A stretch of DNA of 64,000 nucleotides from Hydrolagus colliei (Eukaryota): assembly GCA_035084275.1 (NCBI GenBank), contig CM068749.1:5146001-5210000 (forward strand). Direction: 5' to 3'. The notes under the pieces were generated by a model that ran no database searches, was not told the DNA's origin, and worked only from the letters and a program-made list of their open reading frames with translations. The position numbers were made by a program, and so were the translations under genes. The number at the start of each line of letters is the position of its first letter. Position 1 is the stretch's first letter. Positions 10,524-22,996 of the stretch are shown one piece after another.

Positions 10524-11099
10524 CTGCAACATACAAAGTGGCATTGGTCTTGTACTCTCTCTCATACTCAAGCACACTCACAGACTACTTACACACACAC
10601 AACACACACACAGATAACGGCATGAATTTACATGATGCAGAATGTGCACACACACTGACACAGAGCATGCACACCCATCGACACAGTGTGTATACACATA
10701 CAGTGTGCATGCACACACACACACAGACATGAGCATGATTAACTGACACAATGTGCATACACACACACAGTTTGCACACACACATTCTGACACACGGTGC
10801 ACATGGAGATGGATGAACGAGGTCCTGGTCAGGGATCGGATTTGGGGTTGGAAGGATAGGTGGAGGATTGAACCTGATGCCTAGATTACTTACAGGTTCA
10901 ATAAGTCTTAAGGATAGGCCTTATGGGGAGGTTGAGGAGGTTGGAGCTGCAGGAGGAAAGCCATTGATGGGAGCTAAGGTGTGTGGCTTCAGTCAACACT
11001 TAGCTGCAGGAAATTTGTACTTAAAGGGCCTTGATGCCTGTACTAAAATGGAGCATGAGTACACACGCGCATCCACACAGTGCAATGATTTTCCCATAC

Positions 11100-11236
11100 T
11101 TTCTCCAGTGTAGGTTTGCAGCTTCTCGTAACAAGTCGGATCTGAACAGGGTTCCAGGAAATCGGGAATCTTTGGTGGCTTCTTAAAAGCACTGGTAGGT
11201 TTCCCTGCAATCCTCAGTGCATTCTGGACACAGAAT
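11100..11236 (-). CDS. RGSL1: RGSL1-like exon (FCVQNALRIAGKP...)
   Basis: Continues FWKR|FC as in RGSL1; phase 2-1. Confidence 0.8.
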
Positions 11237-12020
11237 CTGTGGGGAAGAGAATGGGACGCAATAATACTAATCATTGCATTTGATATAGCTCTCGCTTTTC
11301 ATGTATTCTAGACATCTCAAGGTGCTTCAGAATATGCTGTAAATTGAATTGATTGTACATTTGTGGGCGAAATCTGCCATTGGTGAATTGAAAATGACCA
11401 ATTTTTTTTTGTTTGACGGATTATTATCAGGCAAGGAAACTTGCTCAAGGTTTCACCCTGCCAGAAATCAAACCCAGGTGTCTCACTTGCAAGGTGAGTG
11501 CTCTAACAACTGAGCTACAGGACTGAATGCTCTGCAAGATAAACACAGAGCTCACAGATTTATCCTTTCCACGATTCAACAGTAATGAGCCTCAGCTAGT
11601 GCAGACCTGATGCAGATTGTAACGGTATTTTCCAGCACAAACTGAGGGTTTGTACCTGAGCTGGTGGATTGGATTCAGGAGGGGTCATGGCCAAGGGATG
11701 AGGTGGGATTATGACCAAATGCGTGGTCAAAGATAAATGTCTTAATACAAATAATGATCCTTGCATTTGACGTAGTGCCTTATTACGTCATTGAGACGTT
11801 TCAAATCGCTTCACAGACTATACTTTAAAATAGGTTGACTGTATATTTTGTGGGTGAGCGGCAGCAGCTAATTGCACACAGCAGTATCCCACAAACAGGC
11901 GTTGTTTGAGTGACAATTTTTATTTGGTGGACAGATTATTAACCTCAGAAAGAGATCTGCCAATTGATTAACAACCAGGTTGCTACTTAATCTGCTGGGT
12001 AAATAGACGCGTGGGGTTTC

Positions 12021-12564
12021 TGTTGGGTATATTTTGTTTATAGGTCCTTCTCCTAAAACTCATTCATACACATATACAATAAACATACTCCGAAACCTAA
12101 GTTACCCCAAGCGTGTTTAATTGTCTAAGTCTAGACCAGTTTCCAAACACTGGTATAGCGTTAGGGTCGAAGCTTCACCAAGCTAACGACCCAGACATAC
12201 AGATGCAACATACATTTATTTGCACTATTCTATTGGGCGGGTTACACATAGCCCAATCACAGAGGCTGTTTCAAATCGTTCGTGTCCTTTGTCACTATGC
12301 AAACCTTCACCATTGTGTGACTTCCTCTATCTTGTGGTTGCATGTTACCCATTGTGTGACTTCCCTTATCTTGTGATTAGGTGCTACCTTGCTCAATGTA
12401 ATATTCACATTTCCTTATAAGGACTTGTTTTACACAGACTTTGTACTAGCACTTTGGCACGTACTAGCACTCAGTTATACAGCATCAGCATTCCTTCACT
12501 TAACACATTTATGCACACTTAACATTAATTTAGACTTATCACTATAACCTTAATTTTTCTAACA
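12021..12564 (-). mobile_element. Solo LTR (544 bp) inserted in a SINE
   Basis: TGTT...AACA termini; exact 5-bp TSD GTTTC (12016-12020, 12565-12569); AATAAA on - at 12215-12220; SINE resumes on both sides. Confidence 0.8.
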
Positions 12565-12679
12565 GTTTCGGCCTCGCCCGGGAATCAAACCCAGGTCATC
12601 TCGGTTGCGAGGCGAGTGCACTATCCCATAGGATTCCACACGTGAATGTGAGAGGCCGGAAGGGGGACCTGGGAATTAC

Positions 12680-12804
12680 CGTTTCCAAAAATGAAGGAGG
12701 TTGAGGAGGATGCTGATCCGGGCGGAGTGGAAGAGCCCACAGTCCACGTAGCCCTGCCGGATTGCCATGGAGATGTTGTCTTTGTCCTTTTCCAAGATGT
12801 TTAC
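12680..12804 (-). CDS. RGSL1: RGSL1-like exon (VNILEKDKDNISMAIRQGYVDCGLFHSARISILLNLLHFWK)
   Basis: Matches recalled VNVPEFQKDAILAAITEGYLDRSVFHGA..YFWKR; phase 0-2. Confidence 0.9.
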
Positions 12805-14793
12805 CTGATGACCAAAGAAGCGGAAAGCCATCAGGCCAGACTGGAGAGGGAAGTCAGCTCTATACACTGCAGGACAACTCCTGCCTCCCCTCACACATCC
12901 ACAGGGTGTTACCCCCGAGTTACAAAACAGCGATGTCTGACTATGGAGGAGCTGTAACAAGCTGTTAGCTCCTCATTCCATCTATTTTACAGAAGATTTG
13001 GTACCAAACACAGCGACGGAACATCAGCTGCCATAAAATATTATGGCGCTCACTTCTTACTACAGTTACAGAAACCTGCACTGAACAGAATTAAGCACTT
13101 CTAAATACAATGATCATAATTTTTCCATATGTTTCAGTCATTCCACAGTAGGCGGAGTGAGGGGCAGAGTAACATACCTTTGTGGAACCTCTTTATATGT
13201 CATTCCCAGACGCTTTCTCTCTACCTTCACACCCCAATTCATAAAACACACAAACCTTTCCATACAATACACAGGACAATACATGCTGGCAGAGAGATAG
13301 AGTTGGGTGTCATCCACCTACGTGTGAAAGGTGACTCTATGTCTATGGATGATGTCACCAAAAGGAAGCATATAGACACTGAAAAAGAGAGGACTAAGGA
13401 CAGTTAATTCCAAATCACCATCCCATCCTCCGACAGCCCGATTAAATCAGGTGAATGGAAGTAGAGTGACCTTCCTAACTGATCAGAGAGGCTCTGATTC
13501 CCAGTTCCTCGCAGTGACCTGGTTTCTATCCCTTGCTCTCACAGATTGAGTGTCACTGGGACAAGGGGAGGTGAGCACTGGTTCCCAATCTCTGCCTGAC
13601 GGAGAGGAGCACAAACCTGCAGGAGAGTTTATTCCCAGTAGATGGTGCAGTGGTTGAATAAATTCACGGTCCAAGGCCATCATCAACTTTGCAGAGTGAC
13701 TGGTCTGTTTTTGTTTACCCCCCACAGCTCAGCGTCACTCCATCAGCAGTGCACTTCCATCAAAACCAGCCTTCTTATAATAATAATAATAATCCTTACA
13801 TTTATATTGCGCTTTCCGAGTCTTATCGACATCTCAAAGGGCTTCACAGAATACAACAACATCCCAAGGTTGGGTCCAGAGCAGGGGGGGAGGGAGAAGA
13901 CAAGAGGGAAGAAAGGGGGGAACAGAGGTAGGGACCAGAGCTGGGTGGGGGGGGCAGGGGGGTTGTGGTTGGTGGAAGGAAAGTAGAAAGATTGACTATA
14001 TATTTGTGGGAGAAATACGGCTGCCAAATTACGCACAACAGTGTCCCACAAACAGTTGTGGAAGTGGAGCCAGGGAAAAAGGGGATAAGGGGGGGAAAGG
14101 GCGGCAAAGGTGGTGTAAAATCAGGGAAGAAAAGTGAGGAGAAAGGGGGTTAAGGGGGGAGATGGGGAGAAAGGTGGTGATGGCTTAAAATCAGGGAGAA
14201 AGGGGGGTAAGGGGGAAGAAGGAGGGAAGGGGGAAAACCCAAAACCTCCTTCAAGTCTTGGCTCACAGCAAGTTAGTATCCAGCATAATAACAGAAAGGA
14301 TTGCCCCTTATTTCTTGGTTAGCGTGTCTGTTAAATGCGGAAACACGTTGTGGCGCTTAACTGTATCAAAACCAAACTGAGATCCACAAATGTGTGCTAC
14401 CTACACATGTAAATTTCCACATCTGGAATGGAATACATCGGAGGGGCTGACTTGCTTACCTAATTCTGCAAATATTAATACAACACCCTCCATTTACATA
14501 GTGCCCTTCACATTGGAGTACTTTTTTTTTTGCCAGTCAGGTGTCTGACACATGCTTAAGCATCTCCAAACCAAATCCCACCTACACATGGAAATTCCAG
14601 GCATGGATGAACGGCCTGGAATTTGCAGTCTCTCTCTGGAGGGATACATTCTGCTAACGTAATACCGGAAAGTATTTGGCACAGGTTGGCAAATGCCAAG
14701 ATCTGGGTACCCCAGAGTGTGAGTTCGGGTAACTGCTGGAGTCTGACCAGCTAAACCCTCTATAAACCCCAACCCCACCCCAGTAGAGCTCAC

Positions 14794-14932
14794 CCTGAGA
14801 CGTGGGGGAATTTCTGAGTGAATGTAGAGTTTGACAATCATCTCCGCCTTGTTCCACAGCAGCTTCTCGTACACTTCATTGTGGAGCCCGGAGCGAGCCA
14901 TGATAACAGCTGCGTTTGCTCGGTCAATGTAC
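14794..14932 (-). CDS. RGSL1: RGSL1-like exon (...KLYIHSEIPPRLR)
   Basis: Matches KLFLNSDIPPKLR; AG/GTGAGC, phase 2-0. Confidence 0.9.
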
Positions 14933-14961
14933 CTGTACACAACAGCCTGGGCTCAGTCACA

Positions 14962-15105
14962 NNNNNNNNNNNNNNNNNNNNNNNNNNNNNNNNNNNNNNN
15001 NNNNNNNNNNNNNNNNNNNNNNNNNNNNNNNNNNNNNNNNNNNNNNNNNNNNNNNNNNNNNNNNNNNNNNNNNNNNNNNNNNNNNNNNNNNNNNNNNNNN
15101 NNNNN
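14962..15105. other. Assembly gap (144 N), flanked by CA-type repeat
   Basis: Run of N. Confidence 1.
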
Positions 15106-15776
15106 TACACACAGTCAGACACACACACAGAGGCACACAAACACACAGGCATATAGAGTATATTTTATATCCCCTCCTGTAACCTGAAGGAGCATGACTC
15201 AATTTCTCCATGATGAGGGAGGGAAGAAACGAGCTGACTGGTATGTGGCCTCAGATTATCTGTCAGGCTTCACAGTAAATGTGATCTTGAGGACCCCAAA
15301 GTGTAACTGCTGGAGTCTAAATAGGTAAAACTGCTCAGCTTGCTATTGAGAGCACTTTCAGGCATGCTTTCCTGCAGCTCTTCTCGCTAGGAGATTCTGG
15401 GGTGGGGAGTTAACGAGCTGTTCAGTCATGGAATCCACAATAGAGTTGACAGCAACAACAAATTACATTTACACACAGGCTTTCACATCGTGTGGACGTC
15501 CCAAGGTGCTGGACAGTCAAGGATTTGCACACGAGCTGGAGGTTGGAATCAGGAAGGTGGATGTCAGGGCAATGGGGAAAGGAGGGTGACCAAAGGTCAA
15601 AGAGGAAGGTCTTCAGATGGGCCTTGAAGGAATCCAGGAAGGTAGTGAGGTGAAGGGATTGTGGGATGGAGTTCCAAAGGATTAGTGCAGCGAGAGGAAG
15701 AGAGCCACCAATCTATACTCCAAGCTCAAAGTGTTGTGTGTCTGACCTGAACTGAGCTCCCAGATGAGTGTCTAAC

Positions 15777-15945
15777 CTGTCAGTCTCTATGAAGAAGCGC
15801 AGGTCATTGATCAGGTAGTTGACGATGATCGACCGATTGTTCAGCAATCTTCGTTTCATCTCAGGAATCTCCTCGTCTGTATTGGTCGAGGTGGTCTGGC
15901 TTGGCTGAGAGAACAACGGCGTCACCGGGCGGACAACAGTGGTGT
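15777..15945 (-). CDS. RGSL1: RGSL1-like exon (...KRRLLNNRSIIVNYLINDLRFFIETD)
   Basis: Matches KRRIFGHRIITVNFAINDLYFFSEME; phase 1-2. Confidence 0.9.
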
Positions 15946-16731
15946 CTGAAACACATAGAGGCCACACAACACTTCGGGGAGAGAGGGCGGGAGGGGGCGG
16001 AGGGAGGGAGGGAGGGGGGAGGGCGGGAGGGCAGGAGCGCGGACTGGTGGCTTTTATTTTTAGTCGGCAGGTTGTCTTGACACATGTGAAAACGATCTCC
16101 GTGCTTAACAGTATCGAAGTCCACCTGAGAATTCTATACATCTCGCCTAAACATGGAAATCCCAGAGTTTGGTTATTGGAATGGAATGTAGACTCTCTCC
16201 CTGGACTGCATTATGCCCAGGTTGGCAAGAGTCAAGGTTTGGGGACAAAAGAGCGTACATTGGGGTACATCTGGAGTCTAACCAGCTGCAACTTCATAGT
16301 TTGTCATTGAAATCACTTCTGGCTGCTTGTCTAGTTGGATCCATCCTAGCCTTTCCCAGCGCCTTGGGACGCCTCCCGACATGAAAGGCACTATGCAAAT
16401 GTAATTTTGTTGATGTTGTTGTTTGCAGGCCAACAATAGCAGTGATCCTCCAGTGATTGGGTGTCTTGGTCTCCTTCAGTGACCACCTCCATTGGCCACA
16501 TTTCATTTCCCTTGAGCCAAACAGCAAGAACTCAGGAACTCTCTCCTCTCAGCACTGTGTCTTACCCTCACTTTCACACACACCACCCCCCACCACCTCC
16601 ACTGCAATCAGACCCCACGTTGCATTCTGCCCCAGGCCCTTTGCCCTTATGCTCTCGCCCTGCCCTCGCTCCACCTCCCTTGAGGATGCGTCTTGCTCAG
16701 CTAATTCTGAATAATACAGTCCCACACTCAC

Positions 16732-16861
16732 TCTCGCTTTCGTTGTACAACTCGTCGTGTAGGTATTCCTCAAACGCTTGGAGTTTGACTTTGGTCCTCA
16801 TGGTCCTCCGGAACTGGATGACAGACTTGATCAGTGAACACAGGAAAGTCCACACCCGGTT
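16732..16861 (-). CDS. RGSL1: RGSL1-like exon (NRVWTFLCSLIKSVIQFRRTM...FEEYLHDEL)
   Basis: Matches W..ISFIRSFCKYRRFM..FEDYLHQE; phase 0-1. Confidence 0.88.
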
Positions 16862-17338
16862 CTGTAACAATAGAGAAAGGAGAGGTGAGAAGAGAGAGAG
16901 AGTTCTGTGGGTGGTGGTGGGTAGCAAATTTGCACACAGCAGTGTCCCACAAATAGTGGAGTGAGTGACTGATTTTTATCTAGGGGATTGTTAGCCAGGA
17001 CACTGGGAAAGAGAAACTCCATTCTCTCTTCGCACAGTGCCATGGGATCTTTAACATCCACCCAAACAGGCACAGTTGGGAACTTGGCTTAAAGTCTCAT
17101 CAGAAGGATGGCACCTCTGACAATACAGAGCTCCCCACCCAGTGGAGTGTCAGCTACTTACACTGTGCTCACATTCACTGTGCTCACTGTGAACCACACT
17201 GTGTTCACACTTACAGTGTGCTCACACTCAAGCTGTTCATGCTGCGCTCACGCACACTGTGTGCTCGCACTCACACTGCGCTCACAATGCCAATGAATTC
17301 ACACTGCTCACACTCCTCTCACGCTCACACTGACTCAC

Positions 17339-17426
17339 CATCTTGCGATTGAAGATGTAGCTTTTCCTGTGACTGGGTTCAGCATTCTCCTGTTCACTGA
17401 GCATATTTGACAGAAAGACACTAAAC
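17339..17426 (-). CDS. RGSL1: RGSL1-like exon (FSVFLSNMLSEQENAEPSHRKSYIFNRKM)
   Basis: cccacag / GTGAGT; phase 2-0 completes the W|F junction. Confidence 0.75.
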
Positions 17427-18215
17427 CTGTGGGAGACAGATGATAATAGTAATAATCCTTGCATTTTGATATAGCTCTTTTTACGTCTTCTAGATGTCTC
17501 AAAGTGCTTCACAGAATATAGTGAATTGTCTGTATATTTGTGGGTGAAACGTGGCACACAATTGCGCACAGCAGTGTCCCACAAACAGTTGTGAATTAAA
17601 ATGACCAATTTTTGGGGGGAGGGATTATTATTAGGCGTGTGGAGTAAGGAAACTTGCTCAAGGTTTCGCCCTGACCTGCCTGGATTCGAACACAGGTCTC
17701 ATGCTTGTAAGGCAAGTGCTCTAACCACTGAGCTACAGGACTCTAGGTAGAGGGAGGAGAGAGAGAGAGAGAGGAAGGGAAGAGATATAGAAGAGAGATA
17801 GAGGAAGGAGAGAGAGAGTGATAGAGTGAGAAGATAGAGGGAGGGATAGGAAAGTGAACATAGCAGAGTTTAGAGATAAGTAAAGGTCTCTTTTCACTGT
17901 CCATCCGCAGTCCCAGGTTAGTGACAACCTGGGTTAGAAACAGTTTAAAGTACCCACTACATTTTACTGTATATTCTGTGAAGTGCTTTGATACGTTGAT
18001 AAGATGTGAAAAGCGGTATATCAAAATACAAGGATTATTATTATTATTACACTGGGACAATGGAACTGGAAATATGTGGCACACGATAACTGACTGGGTG
18101 ATCCCACAGGCACTGGGACCTGGGGTATGAGAGGACTCAGCCCATGTCAGCCAGGAGAAAGGTGCCGTCCCCTTTGTGGGTGGCTTCAAACCATAGGCAC
18201 TAAGGGGGGTAACAT

Positions 18216-18562
18216 GGAGTCCTGTAGCGCAGTGATTAGTGCGCTCATCTCACAAATGAGAGTATCCAGGTTTGATTTCAGGCGAACCTTAGGCAAGTTT
18301 CCTTACTGCACACGTCATTGTTTACCTAGCAGTTTACCTAAGGAATCCAGTTGTTAGTTGTTTGGTGAATCATTTTCAAGGGGTAATAATGGTCACTCAA
18401 TTCACTGCTGTTTGGGTCACTGCTCTGCGCAAGTAGCTGCTCCCTTTCGGCCACAAAATACAGTCAATCCACTTTACAATATATTCTGTGAAGTATTTTG
18501 TAAAGAACTTATCAAGTCTGAATGACATGATAAGGCGGTACATCAAATGTAAGGCTTATTAA
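18216..18562 (+). mobile_element. Near full-length tRNA-head SINE
   Basis: GGAGTCCTGTAGCGCAGTGATTAG head, same body and tail as the 9888 copy. Confidence 0.8.
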
Positions 18563-18629
18563 TATGTCCGAGGCAGTTCCCCACACTGTCAGAGTCAAGG
18601 TTTGGAAATATCAAAGAGTCGGAACTGAC

Positions 18630-18747
18630 CAGTTTTCCTGCAAGGAGTTGAACACAGCATCTTGTGCTCTCAGCAGTTGGGACAGATCCACTGCGCCTGC
18701 GTTCTGAATATCTTTGATGATCTGAGCATCACATTGAAGAAGTGTTT
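18630..18747 (-). CDS. RGSL1: RGSL1-like exon (TLLQCDAQIIKDIQNA...SLQEN)
   Basis: Matches EMLQCDAPIIKEIA..KSIEEKW; phase 1-2. Confidence 0.9.
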
Positions 18748-18789
18748 CTGCAGCATCGCAGCAAAGAGGTTCAGCAATCAATGGTGCAC

Positions 18790-18960
18790 AGTACAGTAAA
18801 CAATAGTGAACAGGTGTACAGTAATCAATAGCGAACAGTACAGTAAACAATAGTGAACAGGTACAGCAATCAATAGTGGAGTGAACAGTAAAGTAATCAT
18901 TAGTAAATAGTAAAGTAATCAATAGGAATCTGTACAGAGATCAATATAAACAGTACAGCT
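18790..18960 (+). repeat. Degenerate ~20-22 bp minisatellite (TACAGTAAWCAATAGTGAACAG)
   Basis: Visible tandem units. Confidence 0.7.
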
Positions 18961-18989
18961 ATCACAAGATCTGATCGCAAAACAACAAA

Positions 18990-19650
18990 ATTACATTTGT
19001 ATAGTGCCTTACACGTTGGGAGGAGGTCCCGCGGCGCTGGGCAGACAGTATTTTGCCCTCAAGCTGGAGGTAGGGATCGGGGAGGGTGGAGGACATGGGG
19101 GAAGGAGTTAATGCGATTGAAATCACAGTCAAAGAGGAGGGCCATGAGGTGGGTCTTGAAGGAGGTAAGGGATAAGGTAAGGCGGAGGGACCGCGGGATG
19201 GAGTTGGGGGCAGAATGGCTGAAGGCAAGCCCACCAATTGTGGGGTGGGTGAGGCAGGCGATGTGAAGCAGGCCAGAGCTCTACTGTGCGGAGGGAGCAG
19301 GCAGATTGGTAGAGGGATAGGAGGTCGCAGAGGATCCAGGATCTTGAACTGTTTCCTCTGTGTGATGGGAAACCATTGGAGTTGGGTGAGGATGGAGGTG
19401 ATATGCTTACAGAGCCTTGTGCGAGAGAGGACACGGACTGCAGAGTTCTGAATGTTCTGCAGCCTGTGGAGGGAGGAGTTGGGGAGCCCAACAAGCAAGG
19501 AGTTTGCATAACCAAGCCTAGATGTTATAAATTTATGCATGAGTGTCTCGGTGGCCTGCGGTGTGAGACAGTGTCGGAGCCAGGCATTGTTGGGGAGGTA
19601 GGGAAGGCAGAGCAGGTCGTGACATGGATGTGGGATATAAAGGATAGTTA
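18990..19650 (-). mobile_element. L2 LINE 3' part (degenerate)
   Basis: Encodes TSRLGYANSLLVGLP..LQNIQNSAVRVL; ends in the GGCACTATACAAATG(TTG)n tail. Confidence 0.85.
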
Positions 19651-19669
19651 ATAGTCGAACAAGATGTCG

Positions 19670-20228
19670 AACAACTGGAGTACTGCGTCCAGTTCTGGGC
19701 ACCTTACTTCAGGAAGGACATTAAGGTACTGGAAAGGGTGCAGAGAAGATTCACGAGAATGATACCAGGAATGGGGAACCTTAACTATGAGGACAGACTG
19801 GAGAAGTTAGCACTTTTCCCATTAGAGCAGAGAAGGTTACGAAGGGACCTGATAGAGCTCTTCAAGATCATGAAAGGTTTCAACAAGCTAGATAGGGAAA
19901 AGCTGTTTCCGCTGGTAGGTGTGTCTGTGACCCGTGGTCACAGTCTTAAGATATCTACCAAAAGCAGAGGGAAGGTTAGAAGAATTTTTTTTACTCAGCA
20001 AGTTGTTCGAATTTGGAATGATCTGCCTGAAAGGGTAGTGAAGTCCGATTCGATAGCAGCTTTTAAGCGAGAACTAGATTGGTATCTGGGGAAGACGGGT
20101 TTGCAGAGTTATGGGGAGAAAGCTGATGATTGGGGTTAACAAAAGTGACTTGCTCGGTCAAAGAGCCGGCACAGACTCGATGGGCCGAATGGCCTCCTTC
20201 TGTGCCGTAACATTCTATGATTCTATGA
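19670..20228 (+). mobile_element. CR1 LINE 3' end nested in L2
   Basis: YCVQFWAP..RKDI..LERVQRRFTRMIPG; (TTCTATGA)n tail. Confidence 0.9.
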
Positions 20229-20760
20229 TGAGGAAGCATGTAGATGTTGAAGAGGAAGGGATTAAGGATGAAGCCCTGAGGAACGACACACAATATGGTA
20301 CAGGGGCTAGAGGAGAAACCGTTTATGGAGAAACATTGGAGGTGGTGCGAGAGGTATTAGCTGAACCATTGAAGGACAGAACCATGAAGGTTGAGGTGAG
20401 AGAAGAAATGGTGGATGAGGATAGACTTGTCAATGGTGTTGAAGGCAGCAAACAGGTCAAGGAGGATGAGGAGGTAGAGGGAACCCTGGTAGCAGATGGA
20501 CAGAATATCATTTGTCACTTTGACTGGAGCTGTTTCTGTGCTGTGGGTGGCATGAAAACCCAATTATTGGGGATCATGAAGGTAATGGCAGGAGAGGAAG
20601 GAGTGAAGCTGGGAAGCAAAGACTCATTCCAGGACCTTGGAGAGGAAAGAGAGGTTGGAGATGGTAATTTGAAGGGCAGGAATGGGTCCAGGGAGGGTTT
20701 TTTTTAAAGACGGGGGTGATGACCGCCATTTTTAAAGTGTGAGAATGGTGCCAGTGGACA
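20229..20760 (-). mobile_element. L2 LINE RT part (5' partner of 18990-19650)
   Basis: HSTETAPVKVTNDIL, LLDLFAAFNTID, VPQGFILNP motifs. Confidence 0.85.
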
Positions 20761-21170
20761 GGGAGTGGTTTATGATGCCTATGAGTAGAGGGGCAAGGAG
20801 GTGGAGCTGGGAAGTCCAACATGGAGGGCGCTATATAAATCCAAGTTGTTGTTGTAAGACGGGAGGTAGGGATGGGATCGAGGAAGCATTTTGACATTTC
20901 ATCGCTCTAGAACACCCACCCCTACTGTCCCTCCATCACAGGATCTTTTCATACAAGCCCCAATGTCCTCGCCTGAACCACCCTTCCTGGTAACCCTGTT
21001 CGATTTGTTAGTTACACTGAAAGTGCCCTTTACAACTCTAAACCCATATTCTCCTGTCTTGGAGATCAACATGATTGCTCTGCTCCGCACTGCTCGGGGG
21101 TCTGTTATGTCACAGTGACCAAAGCAGTGTGCAGTGCTCAAGGTATGGCCAGACCAGAGCACTGTATAGC

Positions 21171-21305
21171 CAGACGAAGGGCTGTGGACCCGAAATGTTG
21201 ACTCACTTTTCCTCTCTCCATAGATGCTGCCTGACCCGCTGAGTATTCCCAGCGATTTCTGTTTTTGTTTCAGATTTCCAGCATCTGCGGTATTTTGTGT
21301 TTTTG
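21171..21305 (+). mobile_element. Penelope-like element terminal fragment with eroded hammerhead motif
   Basis: GACGAAGGG..CCCGAAA..CCATAGATGCTGCCTGACCCGCTGAGTA, as recalled for chondrichthyan Penelope repeats. Confidence 0.6.
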
Positions 21306-21531
21306 TTTAGCCTGAGTTTGGTGTCTGAGGATCTGATTCAGCAATCTAGCCCAGCACCCAATTTGCCTCATTTCAACATTAAACAGGTACATTAAACATG
21401 TTAGAGATAGGTCTGGGTTAGAGACTGCATTATGCTGCCTCTACACTGTACAGCCATGCTCCAAGTGGCAGTACAGGTTTGAGATTGAGTAAAGCTCCCT
21501 CTACAGTGACCGACCACCAATTCCCATGTAC

Positions 21532-21743
21532 CTGGGTCTTTATTGTTGAAGAATTTCTCGAGGATCCAATTGATGTGTAGCAGCATTTCCTTGTCAGCTG
21601 AGTCAGATTCCTTGTTGCTGTCCAGTTTTTGCAGTTTCTCAACCGCTTGCCAGAACAACAGCGGCGTCTCTGCATTGTAGGACTGCAGGAACTGCTTAAA
21701 GACTCGCACAGTGGTCTGGTTCTGTAACACATCCACAAGGTCC
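21532..21743 (-). CDS. RGSL1: RGSL1-like exon, RGS-like domain (DLVDVLQN..FKQFLQSYNAETPLLFWQAVEKL)
   Basis: RGS signature F..FL......L.FW..V; phase 2-1. Confidence 0.92.
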
Positions 21744-22902
21744 CTGCACCAGATCAAGAACAACAATACAAAATTAACAGCAATAATCCTTCCATTTGAT
21801 ACAAAGCCTTATCATATTGATGAGAGGTTTCAAAGCGTTTCACAGAACATAGTTTTCAAAGTTACTTGACTGTATGTTTTATCGGGGAAATGTGGCTGCC
21901 AATTACGCACAGCAATGTCCCAATCATGATTTATTTGTTTATTTTTTGGAGGGATTACTATCCCCAGAAAGCGATCCACCAATCGATCAACAATCAATTG
22001 TTAATCGCTGCTAGGTAACAGAAGCATTTGTATAATGCCTTTCATATCGAAGGCACTGGACTGTGAAGAGTTTCAACCGGGGGGGATGGGGATGGGGGGG
22101 CTAGAATCAAGAGAAGTGGAGGGCGGGGGGAGGAGTGGCTGACTAAACGCATGATCAAAGAGGGAGGTCTAGAGATGCAACTTGTAGGAGGCAAGAGACA
22201 GAATTAGGTCAAAATCTGATCAGAGCAGTATTCCACTCCTTGTTGCACTGGAGAACATCTCACACAACTCACATGGAGGGTGGGAGACATGGATCTGGAT
22301 GGGAATTAGTAGGGTAAAGGGTGCTGGGTATAGATGACTGAAGACACAGTCAAAAAGATCATTAAAAAAAATTATGCTTGCATTTGCCTTCGAACAGCAC
22401 CTTACCAGACAGAAAGTGCTTCACAGAACTTTCCTGCAGAATGTATTTTGAAAGCAGAGAGAGAGAGATTATCCTTGCATTTGATTATATTATGATCATT
22501 GAAACATCACAAAGCGCTTGACAGAATATATTGGAAAGTGAATATATTGGAAAATGAAATGCGGCAGGCAACTGGGCACATCAATGTCCCATAAACATTC
22601 ATGGATTGAGTACCACAATTTGTTTTCAGAGAGTCTTACCCATGGAAAACGATATGAGATGGAGGGATGGGAAGGGAGATATACCTGAGGGCAACCAGCC
22701 CAACAGAGTGGCCAGACCGGGGGCAGAGAAGTTGCCTGACAGTTGTGCAGTGAGTGCAGCAAGCTCTTGCTCTCGGTTTTTCACTCTTTATCACTCTGTC
22801 TCTCTGCGTCTCTCTCTCTCCTCTGTATTTACTGGTGGTTGATGGTGTGTGACAGCGTATGATGGTGAATGACAGTGAATGAGTGGCGGAGTGACTGTGT
22901 AC

Positions 22903-22996
22903 CTGGGCATTTCAGCAGAACGATGCACCGATCTAATGGAGTTAAAATTGAGGTTTGACCACAAGTCTATCTTCTTGTCCTTCTGCTTCCAGAGAT
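22903..22996 (-). CDS. RGSL1: RGSL1-like exon (LWKQKDKKIDLWSNLNFNSIRSVHRSAEMP)
   Basis: Good acceptor/donor; phase 1-2 forms the PR|DL junction like human RPR|NL. Confidence 0.8.

Noticed and set aside
12691-12957. Plus-strand 88-aa ORF
   Set aside because: Antisense shadow of the RGSL1 exon at 12680-12804
17160-17330. Cluster of CACTGTG heptamers as a kappa-deleting-element analogue
   Set aside because: Part of a degenerate CACTGTGCTCA repeat with no correctly spaced nonamer
20111-20707. 198-aa plus-strand ORF
   Set aside because: Antisense of L2 RT joined to a CR1 tail
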